From a virus (Duplodnaviria; Caudoviricetes), in IMG/VR virus record IMGVR_UViG_3300025608_000003, positions 1 through 28,964 of that record: a stretch of 28,964 nt of DNA, one strand, 5' to 3'. The notes beneath the pieces are model-generated. The model searched no databases and was not told the origin of the DNA. It saw nothing but the letters and a program-made list of their open reading frames with translations. Of this stretch, positions 1 to 7,184 are shown piece after piece (positions within the stretch are counted from its first letter, which is position 1; every line of letters starts with the position of its first letter). The position numbers and the translations under genes were made by a program.

Positions 1-127
1 GGTGGCGGTCTTTCAGGCGGCAACGCTACGGCTTCGGGCGGTTCGGGTGGCGGTGGCGCATACGCTAGCGGTTCCGGTGGTTCCGGCGCGACTGGTCAAG
101 GTTTTGACGGTGGTGACGGTGCCGCTA
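1..127. repeat. Terminal direct repeat copy 1 (circular-assembly overlap)
   Basis: 1-127 is identical to 28838-28964. It lies inside a coding region, and 127 is a common assembler k-mer size. Confidence 0.95.
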
Positions 128-555
128 CTCAGGTCGCCGCAGGTGGTGGTGGTGGTGCTGGTCAGGCTGGCGCTGACGGTCAAGCGAATTATATTGCTGG
201 GGTTGGCGGTGACGGCTTGGCTTCTAGCGTCACTGGTTCCTCTGTTTATAGAGCCGGTGGTGGTGGTTCGGGTGCTGACCAACCTGGTAGCGATGGGGGT
301 CTTGGCGGGGCAGGTGATGGTGGTGTTAATGGTGGCGGTGCAGGTACTGACGGAACGGCTAATACTGGCGGCGGTGGCGGTGGTGGCGGTGGTTCAGGCG
401 GTGACGGTGGAACCGGTGGGTCTGGCGTTGTGATTCTTCGCTACAATAAAGGTTTCTCTTTGACGGTTGGCGCGGGGCTTACTTCAAGCACCGTGACCTC
501 GGGGGAATATAAAATTACAACTTTCACGGCTGGAACGGATACGGTGAGTTTCTAA
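1..555 (+). CDS. C-terminal part of glycine-rich tail fibre/virion protein (begins at 28493 and wraps through the overlap; about 299 aa total)
   Basis: Frame 1 is open from 1 to TAA at 553-555 and is in frame with ATG 28493 across the overlap. GGxGG repeats and a GGSGVVILRY motif. Confidence 0.85.
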   Translation, partial: GGGLSGGNATASGGSGGGGAYASGSGGSGATGQGFDGGDGAATQVAAGGGGGAGQAGADGQANYIAGVGGDGLASSVTGSSVYRAGGGGSGADQPGSDGGLGGAGDGGVNGGGAGTDGTANTGGGGGGGGGSGGDGGTGGSGVVILRYNKGFSLTVGAGLTSSTVTSGEYKITTFTAGTDTVSF

Positions 556-953
556 TGGCACATTATGTTTTTTTGGACGAGAACAATGTTGTTACTGAAG
601 TAATTACCGGCAGGGATGAGAATGACCTTATCGAAGGTGTGACTTCTTGGGAAGATTATTACGGGGCTTTGCGCGGTCAGGCTTGTTTGAGAACTTCCTA
701 CAACACGCGGGGCGGTGTTCACTCTGAGGATGGCACACCCTTTCGGTTCAACTATGCGGGTATCGGTTACACCTTCGACCCTGACAAGGGCACCGATGGG
801 GCTTTCATCCCGCCTCAGCCTTACCCGTCGTGGGTTCTCGATGAGGGCACTTGCCTATGGGTGGCACCCGTGCCGATGCCCGAGGACGGGGAAGCCTACG
901 TTTGGGATGAGGAAGCCGGTGAGTGGGTAGTGGTGCCGGATGAAACTGAGTGA
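555..953 (+). CDS. Conserved phage protein following Gly-rich tail fibre (possible fibre assembly factor)
   Basis: TAATG coupling to the upstream gene; FIPPQPYPSW..WVAPVPMP..YVWDE motif; position at the end of the tail module. Confidence 0.7.
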   Translation: MAHYVFLDENNVVTEVITGRDENDLIEGVTSWEDYYGALRGQACLRTSYNTRGGVHSEDGTPFRFNYAGIGYTFDPDKGTDGAFIPPQPYPSWVLDEGTCLWVAPVPMPEDGEAYVWDEEAGEWVVVPDETE

Positions 954-1491
954 ACCTTGGCCTGAACCGTACACGGTAAACGCTCGCAGCCCTTACGGGT
1001 GGCGGGTTCACCCGATAACAGGGAAACGGAAGTTCCATCACGGGGTGGATGTTGCTTGCCCTGTGGGTACACCTTTGACCGCGCCCGCTGACGGGCAGAT
1101 CGTACACAAAGGCTCGGGGGCTTCCGGCGGATACACCCTCATTGTGAAGCACGCGCCCGACCTGTTCACGGTCTACTACCATTTGAGCAAACCTTCTCAC
1201 CTGTTCAAGGGCACAAAAGTGCAACGCGGTGAGGTCATCGCCCACTCAGGCAACACCGGCGCTTCAACCGGCCCACACCTACACTTCGAGGTACGACACC
1301 CCACACGCACATGGGGGCAAACCGTAGACCCGATGCCTTACTTCGAGGCTGAGCCTGAGATTGTGATTGAGGAGCCGGTCACGGCTGAAAAGCTTGTGAA
1401 GGAACTTGAAAAGCCGGTTCCCCCTCGCGTGGTCAAACCCATGAGCGCACAGTTACGCCGATTTTTCGACATTAGGAGGGCGCTCCGATAA
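940..1491 (+). CDS. M23 family peptidase (endolysin)
   Basis: HHGVD (HxxxD), YYHL and GNTGASTGPHLHFEV (HxH) motifs; directly upstream of membrane genes. Confidence 0.92.
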   Translation: MKLSEPWPEPYTVNARSPYGWRVHPITGKRKFHHGVDVACPVGTPLTAPADGQIVHKGSGASGGYTLIVKHAPDLFTVYYHLSKPSHLFKGTKVQRGEVIAHSGNTGASTGPHLHFEVRHPTRTWGQTVDPMPYFEAEPEIVIEEPVTAEKLVKELEKPVPPRVVKPMSAQLRRFFDIRRALR

Positions 1492-1730
1492 TGGCTGAAG
1501 AACAAGACACCGGCGCGGTAAGGGTTTCTATGCGGGATATTTATGCTGAGGTGCAACGGCAAGGCAAACTGTTAGAAAAGATTGCCAACTCGTTACCGGA
1601 TGCCGAAGGTAAAATTGAGGATCACGAGTTGCGGTTGCGGAAACTTGAGCAACGCATGTGGCAAGCCATCGGCGGGTTCGGTTTCCTGGCTGCGATAGTT
1701 TCCCCCCTGATAGCGGTGATGACGGCGTGA
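1491..1730 (+). CDS. Coiled-coil protein with C-terminal TM helix (lysis cassette)
   Basis: DHELRLRKLEQR coiled coil followed by a hydrophobic C-terminus; translationally coupled to the endolysin. Confidence 0.75.
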   Translation: MAEEQDTGAVRVSMRDIYAEVQRQGKLLEKIANSLPDAEGKIEDHELRLRKLEQRMWQAIGGFGFLAAIVSPLIAVMTA

Positions 1731-1954
1731 GGCCACAAGCCAACTGGAAGATCCGCAGGCGCTACGTTGCTGCATCGTGGGGTATTGGGGCGGTAATGAT
1801 TGCTGTGGGAGCCCTTGCTGTTTGGGGCGATAGAATGGGATCTTCCGAGCTGATTACTGGCGGGGTTGCTTTGATAACCCTGGTGCTCGGGTCTTACATT
1901 GGCGGGGCTGTCGCTGATGATCACCTACAAAAGAGGAGTAACCCTGATGGATAA
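1727..1954 (+). CDS. Two-TM membrane protein (holin-like)
   Basis: GTG start at 1727 overlaps the TGA of the previous gene (GTGA); two hydrophobic segments. Confidence 0.7.
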   Translation: MRPQANWKIRRRYVAASWGIGAVMIAVGALAVWGDRMGSSELITGGVALITLVLGSYIGGAVADDHLQKRSNPDG

Positions 1955-2150
1955 ATTGAGAGCTTACTGGGCTTATGCGGGAGAGCGTGCCGTCAAGACG
2001 GTGGCCCAATCGGCGCTTGCGGTGATTACCGCTTCTGGTGTTATCGGTATCCTCGATCTTGATGCTGTAGAGATTCTTTCGGTGTCGGGGCTGGCGGGGC
2101 TTATGTCTTTGCTGACTTCGGTGCTTCAGTATGACAAAGCGGGTAAGTAA
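1947..2150 (+). CDS. Holin, r1t family
   Basis: AGERAVKTVAQ..SLLTS motif; AGGAG RBS before ATG 1947. Confidence 0.85.
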   Translation: MDKLRAYWAYAGERAVKTVAQSALAVITASGVIGILDLDAVEILSVSGLAGLMSLLTSVLQYDKAGK

Positions 2151-2239
2151 TGGCCGACTTGGATTTGATGGAAGAAGTCGGCGGGATTGTTTGCCCGGTG
2201 GATCCGATGGAAGCTTTGATGTGCGAGTCGTGTCAGTAA
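2150..2239 (+). CDS. 29-aa acidic Cys peptide MADLDLMEEVGGIVCPVDPMEALMCESCQ (not in ORF track)
   Basis: TAATG coupling to the holin stop; ends in CxxCQ-stop. Confidence 0.65.
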   Translation: MADLDLMEEVGGIVCPVDPMEALMCESCQ

Positions 2240-2245
2240 GGTTTT

Positions 2246-2256
2246 TCTGATAGGTT
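2246..2256 (+). promoter_or_regulatory. Putative extended -10 promoter (TGaTAGGTT) upstream of the anti-SD hairpin
   Basis: TCTGATAGGTT is nearly identical to TCTGATAGGCT (12329-12339) upstream of the ParB gene. Confidence 0.4.
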
Positions 2257-2283
2257 AGTTCAGTCGCACAGCAACAACGAATT

Positions 2284-2338
2284 GCACCCGCCAGGTTTTT
2301 GGTTCCCCCTCCTTTCCCCTGGCGGGTGCCTTTCTTTT
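2284..2338 (+). terminator. Intrinsic terminator of the late/lysis operon with a 22-nt anti-SD loop; possible sRNA
   Basis: Perfect 12-bp stem GCACCCGCCAGG (2284-2295)/CCTGGCGGGTGC (2318-2329) followed by CTTTCTTTT; lies between convergent operons. Confidence 0.8.
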
Positions 2339-2354
2339 GCCACCGGTTAGCCCA

Positions 2355-2540
2355 CTATTTTTTGACCCACTTGTAGATGGTCATCTTGGTTAGCCCGGTG
2401 AGTTGGGCTAGGCGGTAACCGCTGTACCCTTTACGGTGGAGTTCAACACAGGCTTGCTGTAACTGGATCTTGGCTTTGAGGTATTCTCGTTCCGCTAGGG
2501 CCATGTTGGTTACGGCTTCGGCTAGTTGTTCTTCGGTCAT
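2355..2540 (-). CDS. Small helix-turn-helix DNA-binding protein
   Basis: GYSGYRLAQLTGLTKMTIYKW HTH; GAAGGGG RBS. Confidence 0.8.
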   Translation of the reverse strand: MTEEQLAEAVTNMALAEREYLKAKIQLQQACVELHRKGYSGYRLAQLTGLTKMTIYKWVKK

Positions 2541-2662
2541 TAGAGTGCCCCTTCGTAACGGCGATCTTCAATTTCGTTCTCAGCGCATAGTTCGCACAGT
2601 AGTTGCCCGGTCATGGGGCGTTCGTCTTGACAGTTTTCGCACTTCTTACCGAACCCGTACAT
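2540..2662 (-). CDS. 40-aa zinc-finger-like protein MYGFGKKCENCQDERPMTGQLLCELCAENEIEDRRYEGAL (not in ORF track)
   Basis: Fills the gap exactly, with TAATG coupling at both ends; two CxxC motifs. Confidence 0.75.
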   Translation of the reverse strand: MYGFGKKCENCQDERPMTGQLLCELCAENEIEDRRYEGAL

Positions 2663-2967
2663 TATTCCCCCTCCGCATCGAGCAAGAACTCAACATATTC
2701 CATAACATCCAGGGGGCGGTTGGCGTAATCGTTGAGTGCTTCCGATAGCAAGCCGAGCTCCTTGTAACCCAGCTTTGCGTGGATCGTGTTGAGGTTGGAT
2801 AGCGGTTGCCCGAAGTGTTCTTCTGAGTAGCCAGTGAGATCCAGGAACACGCTAGAAGGTGTTGGGTATTCGTGGTTGTCTGACCATAACCATAGGCGGG
2901 CTACACCTTCGGCGTAGGCGGGCGGGTTGTCGAGTAGTTCTTCATACGTCATTACTGATTCGCTCAT
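2662..2967 (-). CDS. Hypothetical protein (leftward early operon)
   Basis: AAGGAG RBS; coupled to its neighbours. Confidence 0.75.
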   Translation of the reverse strand: MSESVMTYEELLDNPPAYAEGVARLWLWSDNHEYPTPSSVFLDLTGYSEEHFGQPLSNLNTIHAKLGYKELGLLSEALNDYANRPLDVMEYVEFLLDAEGE

Positions 2968-3248
2968 TAGTTTTCTCCTTTTTCGTCATCGTGGGTGAAG
3001 TAATCGTTCGAGCAGTCAAGGCACATGCCTAGTTCTTCTTCGTGGATATCGGCATCAACGGGATCCCCGCACATATTGCAGGGGATAGTGGGCGGGTGTT
3101 CTTCCTTCCACATACTGATGATTTCGCTTTTGGTGTAATACATGTAGAAGTGGTAGCTGTGGTCGTGGCGACCATCGCAGGGTAGCCGGTGGTAACCGGA
3201 TGGGGTGATGTCAATATCTTTACTGGTGGGTGCTTTAGTTGCGTACAT
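2967..3248 (-). CDS. Hypothetical protein with C-terminal CxxC..CxxC zinc finger
   Basis: AGAAAGGTAAAAC RBS; CNMC..CLDC motifs. Confidence 0.7.
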   Translation of the reverse strand: MYATKAPTSKDIDITPSGYHRLPCDGRHDHSYHFYMYYTKSEIISMWKEEHPPTIPCNMCGDPVDADIHEEELGMCLDCSNDYFTHDDEKGEN

Positions 3249-3252
3249 TGTT

Positions 3253-3579
3253 TTACCTTTCTATATTGTGGAGGGTTTTGAGCCAGGAGGGGAAGTCGTT
3301 GATTTCTATATAGTCGCGCCCCTCCCGGGTGAGCGGTACGTCTAGATACTTTCCGCAAGGGCAAGCCACCGGGTAATCGGTTTCTTCCGTGGCGTAAGAA
3401 GCCAACTCGTAGATATCAGACACCATTCCGTAGCCTTCTTTTGCTATACCGTAGGCGGTGTCCCCATATTGCTGGGCTTCAATGCGGTTCGCGTATTCGA
3501 TTGCGTGTTCCTCGCAGGAGTAATCCGTGTAGTCATGGTCGAGGATTATCCAGGGTGCGTATAGTGTTTCCTGTTTCAT
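3253..3579 (-). CDS. Hypothetical acidic protein, possible metal binding
   Basis: GAAAGGAACC RBS; CEEH and CPCG motifs. Confidence 0.7.
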   Translation of the reverse strand: MKQETLYAPWIILDHDYTDYSCEEHAIEYANRIEAQQYGDTAYGIAKEGYGMVSDIYELASYATEETDYPVACPCGKYLDVPLTREGRDYIEINDFPSWLKTLHNIER

Positions 3580-4013
3580 TTCCGGTTCCTTTCTGGTGCG
3601 ATCCAGTAGCCGACTAGCTTCTGGTGTTTTTTGTGGTTGGGGTCGAAGGTGTCGTTCACGATCCCGTCAATCACGGCGGAAACGTGTCCCGGCATGTTCG
3701 CTATCACTTTGCCCTTGGGCAGGTAGTCGCGGTGGAGGGTTGCTTGATCGAACTTGATTTCGTTGTATCGGAATCCCCTCTCACCGAGGTAACGGCGTAG
3801 GTGATCTTCGCTGATCCCGTTGCGGGGCGATCCGGCGCTCCGGCAGTCGAGGAAGTAGCGGAGGTCATCGTAGATTACTTTGTAGGGAAGATCCCAAGCA
3901 ATAGCGATAGCCCTGACAGCGCAGTCGGCGGAGGTGCCTTTGTATCCGGCTTCAGCCCTGCCCCCGTCATTGTAGATCCAGGTAGTCATTTGGTTCCCCT
4001 TCGTTTCGTTCAT
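3576..4013 (-). CDS. Putative papain-like/C39-like Cys-His-Asp protein (alternative SD-led start at 3989)
   Basis: DCAVRAIAIA ... GHVSAVIDG.. DTFD pattern; first gene of the leftward operon. Confidence 0.65.
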   Translation of the reverse strand: MNETKGNQMTTWIYNDGGRAEAGYKGTSADCAVRAIAIAWDLPYKVIYDDLRYFLDCRSAGSPRNGISEDHLRRYLGERGFRYNEIKFDQATLHRDYLPKGKVIANMPGHVSAVIDGIVNDTFDPNHKKHQKLVGYWIAPERNRK

Positions 4014-4051
4014 ATTTATAGGATAGGGGATATCCCAAAAAATATCTACTC
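4014..4051 (-). promoter_or_regulatory. Leftward promoter/operator copy 1: GAGTAG-N20-TATCCT-N6-ATG with GGATA-N5-TATCC dyad
   Basis: Same elements and identical spacing as 20722-20759. Confidence 0.7.
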
Positions 4052-4147
4052 CAGATCAAAAAAAATAGAAAATAATTTTGATTTTTTTGAGAAACCCAGT
4101 AGGGTTCTTTTGAGTGATAAATACTCGCCTAATGAAAGGGGTAAGAA

Positions 4148-4354
4148 ATGGGTTACTACAAGAACCTAGAAATAGCAATGCAGGATGAGGAGGGTGACCG
4201 TTACCCGACTCGCCGTCAGATCCGCAAGCGCCGGGAAACCTATCGCCCGCCGAATGTTTGGGTGTTCAACACTTTTGACATGGTGATTCTCCTGGTGGGT
4301 TTCGTTTCCGCTATCGGCCTTGGCTTCATTATTGGCACGGCGGTTTGGTCATGA
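4148..4354 (+). CDS. Small membrane protein
   Basis: GAAAGGGG RBS; C-terminal TM helix. Confidence 0.75.
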   Translation: MGYYKNLEIAMQDEEGDRYPTRRQIRKRRETYRPPNVWVFNTFDMVILLVGFVSAIGLGFIIGTAVWS

Positions 4355-4509
4355 TGGGCTGGGTGATGTTCTTAGGGGGCGGTGCGCTCACGCTCACGCC
4401 AATGTATCTAAACCCGCTTGCCGGTATCAACGGGCTCACCCTCATCGGGATCGTTCTCGTTGTTGCCGGGTTCAGTAAATTACTAACCGATAGGAGTGAC
4501 CGTGTTTGA
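4351..4509 (+). CDS. 52-aa two-TM membrane protein (not in ORF track)
   Basis: ATGA overlap with the previous stop; translates as MMGWVMFLGGGALTLTPMYLNPLAGINGLTLIGIVLVVAGFSKLLTDRSDRV. Confidence 0.7.
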   Translation: MMGWVMFLGGGALTLTPMYLNPLAGINGLTLIGIVLVVAGFSKLLTDRSDRV

Positions 4510-4681
4510 GGCTTGGCAAGAAGGTAACCGTGTGCTGATTAGCAACATTGCTGACGGCGAATGGCAAATGGATGGTGACGATCTGATTCTGACGATCCGT
4601 CAGGCCAGGGAGCTCGCCTCCGCTTTGCTGAATTATGATGCGCAACAAGATTCGATTGAACAGGAGTGGGAAGATGCCTAA
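4502..4681 (+). CDS. Hypothetical protein
   Basis: AGGAG RBS before GTG 4502; operon context. Confidence 0.65.
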   Translation: MFEAWQEGNRVLISNIADGEWQMDGDDLILTIRQARELASALLNYDAQQDSIEQEWEDA

Positions 4682-4997
4682 AGCTAGAAAGAATGACCCG
4701 GCAACCAGTCACGATGCTGCGGATTCGGTGACGGATGTTACCGCAACACAAACCTATATTCTCAAGGTGCTTAGCAAGAAACCCCGTCACGATTACCAGT
4801 TGATCGAGGCGTACCGTCAATATAAGACTGCGCCACGGGCTAGTGAGTCAGGGATCCGTTCCCGGCGCGCTGAGCTAGTAGAGCGCCATATGGTTCGGGA
4901 TTCTGGTGTGCGCGTAAAAACCCCGAGTGGTCGCCAAGCTATCGTCTGGGAACTGACCAGCCGTGGCGAGCGTGAACGAATGTTTGGGGGGCGCTGA
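4674..4997 (+). CDS. Winged-helix DNA-binding protein
   Basis: ARKNDPATSHDAA, SGIRSRRAELV and TPSGRQAIVW motifs typical of phage wHTH proteins. Confidence 0.75.
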   Translation: MPKARKNDPATSHDAADSVTDVTATQTYILKVLSKKPRHDYQLIEAYRQYKTAPRASESGIRSRRAELVERHMVRDSGVRVKTPSGRQAIVWELTSRGERERMFGGR

Positions 4998-5206
4998 TGC
5001 GGAAGTCTATAACCGAGGGTGGGATGCCGATGCTGACACCGGAATACACCTTCGTGGTTTACGCCGACATGGGTGACTACTGGATCGAGTCGTACCGGGA
5101 GGGCGTTCCTTGCGAGGATGTTGCTAGCGCGGAAAACCCTAGCCAGGTTGGCTACCACATTTACCGCACATTAGAAAGGGTACAAGAAGATAATGATTCG
5201 GACTGA
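4997..5206 (+). CDS. Hypothetical protein
   Basis: TGATG coupling; fills the gap before the exonuclease. Confidence 0.6.
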   Translation: MRKSITEGGMPMLTPEYTFVVYADMGDYWIESYREGVPCEDVASAENPSQVGYHIYRTLERVQEDNDSD

Positions 5207-5777
5207 ACGATTCCTGGCGAACAAGGCCATTGACTTCGATGGTTGGATCCTAGCCAGGGAAAGCGGTATAACCGCAACCCAGGTTGCGAACGCTGCGACC
5301 CCCGCCGGATATGCGAAGGTGCTGGCTGATCTTACCGATCCGACCCCGATTGAGGACAACGATTACATGAGATTCGGGCGCGAGCAAGAAGGCCCGATCA
5401 GTATGTGGGTCAAACAGATGTTCGATATCATGCCTAACGAATGGTTGATCGCTCACGAGGATCACGCAACCCACCTAGCCACACCGGATGGGCTGTCGCT
5501 GTCGCACGATATGATCAGCGAAATCAAAACCAGCGGGAAGGATTGGGGCGAGGCTAAGATCCCGATTGCTTACCGCCGTCAGGTTCAATGGCAGTTACAT
5601 GTAACCGGTGCAGAGCGTTGCTTGTTCGCGTGGATGTTGCGGGTTGATTCGCCCAACGGTTTCGTACCCGGCTGGATAGATCCGAAATGGGTTTGGATGG
5701 AACGGGATGACGAAATGATCGAGTCGTTGTCGGTGGTTGCGGATAAGCTTTGGGTTGATCTCAATAATGCTGACTGA
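5193..5777 (+). CDS. YqaJ/lambda-exonuclease family nuclease
   Basis: GITAT, ATPDG, EIKT and YRRQVQWQLHVTG motifs. Confidence 0.9.
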   Translation: MIRTERFLANKAIDFDGWILARESGITATQVANAATPAGYAKVLADLTDPTPIEDNDYMRFGREQEGPISMWVKQMFDIMPNEWLIAHEDHATHLATPDGLSLSHDMISEIKTSGKDWGEAKIPIAYRRQVQWQLHVTGAERCLFAWMLRVDSPNGFVPGWIDPKWVWMERDDEMIESLSVVADKLWVDLNNAD

Positions 5778-5997
5778 AAGGCAACGGCACATATACAACT
5801 TTATTGTTAGCTATAGCCGTAGAAACGGGTTTCCCCCGTCTATCACGGAAATCGGTGACAATGTTGGCTTATCATCAACGGCTTCCGTCAGTTACCAGTT
5901 GCAAAATCTGGAACTGAAGGGATACATAGAAAGAATAGGTAGCGGTGCGCGCTCGTTGCGTATCACTAAAGCAAATGAAAGGGAACAAAATGGCTAG
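5767..5997 (+). CDS. Stand-alone LexA-type N-terminal DNA-binding domain (no peptidase domain)
   Basis: LTERQ..GFPPSITEIGDNVGLSSTASVSYQLQNLELKGYIER closely follows the LexA wHTH; only 76 aa. Confidence 0.88.
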   Translation: MLTERQRHIYNFIVSYSRRNGFPPSITEIGDNVGLSSTASVSYQLQNLELKGYIERIGSGARSLRITKANEREQNG

Positions 5998-6517
5998 ATT
6001 CAATCTGGAAGATTATGAAACTGTTGAGGAGCGTATCAAACGCTTCTATAGTGACCACCCCGATGGTCGCATTATCAGTTATGAACTGACAAGCGAAGAA
6101 GATAGAGCTCGCAAAGTTTGGGTCGTGCGGGCGCAAGTGTTTCTCGATCACGAGGATCAGCACGCTAACTGCCCCAAGGCTTCCGGGTTCGCTTTCGAGA
6201 TCGAAGGCACTTCTGGGGCTAACCAAACTTCTGCCCTTGAGAACGCGGAAACGAGCGCGATTGGTAGGGCGCTGGCTAACGCCGGTTACTCAGGTAACAA
6301 GCGTGCTTCTCGTGAGGAGATGGCTAAGGTGGCGCGGGGTGCCGTGCCCGCCGAAAGCGCAACACCGGTTGATCCGGCGTTCTTGACGTCTGTTGATGCA
6401 GCCACGTCGCTTGAAGAACTGAACAAACTGTGGGAGGATGCTACCAAGAAGGGTTGGGCTACAACGCAAACCCAAGCCTTGTTTAGCAAACGGAAGAAGG
6501 TTCTTGAGAATGAGTAA
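5990..6517 (+). CDS. Putative single-strand annealing protein (Rad52/Sak-like)
   Basis: DYETVEERI..ENAETSAIGRALANAG motif; close to the YqaJ exonuclease; GAAAGGGAAC RBS. Confidence 0.7.
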   Translation: MARFNLEDYETVEERIKRFYSDHPDGRIISYELTSEEDRARKVWVVRAQVFLDHEDQHANCPKASGFAFEIEGTSGANQTSALENAETSAIGRALANAGYSGNKRASREEMAKVARGAVPAESATPVDPAFLTSVDAATSLEELNKLWEDATKKGWATTQTQALFSKRKKVLENE

Positions 6518-6704
6518 CTTGACGGCGCATCAAGCGAAGGTGCTAGATATGGCTGAGCAGACTGTCGCCCGAGTGAGCGATATACACCAGTCGGTGGATA
6601 TCCATAAGCGGTTTGACCGGAACGATACCACGGATCAGTATGGTGAGGCTATTGAGTGGCTTCATGAAACCGGTGCGTGGTTGTTTGGCCCACTTTCCAA
6701 GTGA
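6510..6704 (+). CDS. Hypothetical protein
   Basis: ATG 6510 overlaps the previous gene end. Confidence 0.6.
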   Translation: MSNLTAHQAKVLDMAEQTVARVSDIHQSVDIHKRFDRNDTTDQYGEAIEWLHETGAWLFGPLSK

Positions 6705-7039
6705 GTAATCTAACCCCCCTCGATATCATCGAGAACCTTACGCGGATCTCGAAGGATATTGACAGCAAAACTGACGAGATATCTGCTGCCGACAAGAAGG
6801 CGGTTACGGCTAGGGTGGCACATAAAGTCGCTTACGCCAGAGCCTTCTTGTCGGTGGAGGGTTCGATGGATATTCGCCGGTACACGGCTGACTTGGAAAC
6901 TGCGGATACATTGTTGGCATCGGAGTTAGCGGATCAGGAGCACCGTGCTGCTGTTAGCTCTATACGCGCGTTGCGGGATCGCCTTGAGGTGGGCAGGTCG
7001 CTTGGGCCGTTGGTTCGGCTTGAGTGGGGTCAGTCTTAG
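6701..7039 (+). CDS. Helical/coiled-coil hypothetical protein
   Basis: GTGA coupling; alpha-helical composition. Confidence 0.65.
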   Translation: MSNLTPLDIIENLTRISKDIDSKTDEISAADKKAVTARVAHKVAYARAFLSVEGSMDIRRYTADLETADTLLASELADQEHRAAVSSIRALRDRLEVGRSLGPLVRLEWGQS

Positions 7040-7184
7040 CCCTGGGAATTGCTATGTTGGCGTTCGCTGACACAGTTAACAATGTCGGCGTTCGGGGTAA
7101 TTCCAAGATGTGTGCGAGCGCATACAATTTGCAGATTTTTGAACACTTTAGGCTCGGTTATTGCGACTTGGCTACACTTGATGT

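Noticed and set aside
1-127. 127-bp terminal repeat as a biological DTR
   Set aside because: It falls mid-gene and equals a standard assembler k-mer. The HK97-type terminase plus HNH points to ends elsewhere.
2-433. 143-aa Val/Ala-rich ORF from the track
   Set aside because: It is a shadow frame of GGT/GGC glycine codons. The real frame is frame 1, continuing from 28493.
5767-5997. LexA-like gene as a CI repressor implying lysogeny
   Set aside because: It has no peptidase domain, is not at the divergent control region, and no integrase or ParA is visible.
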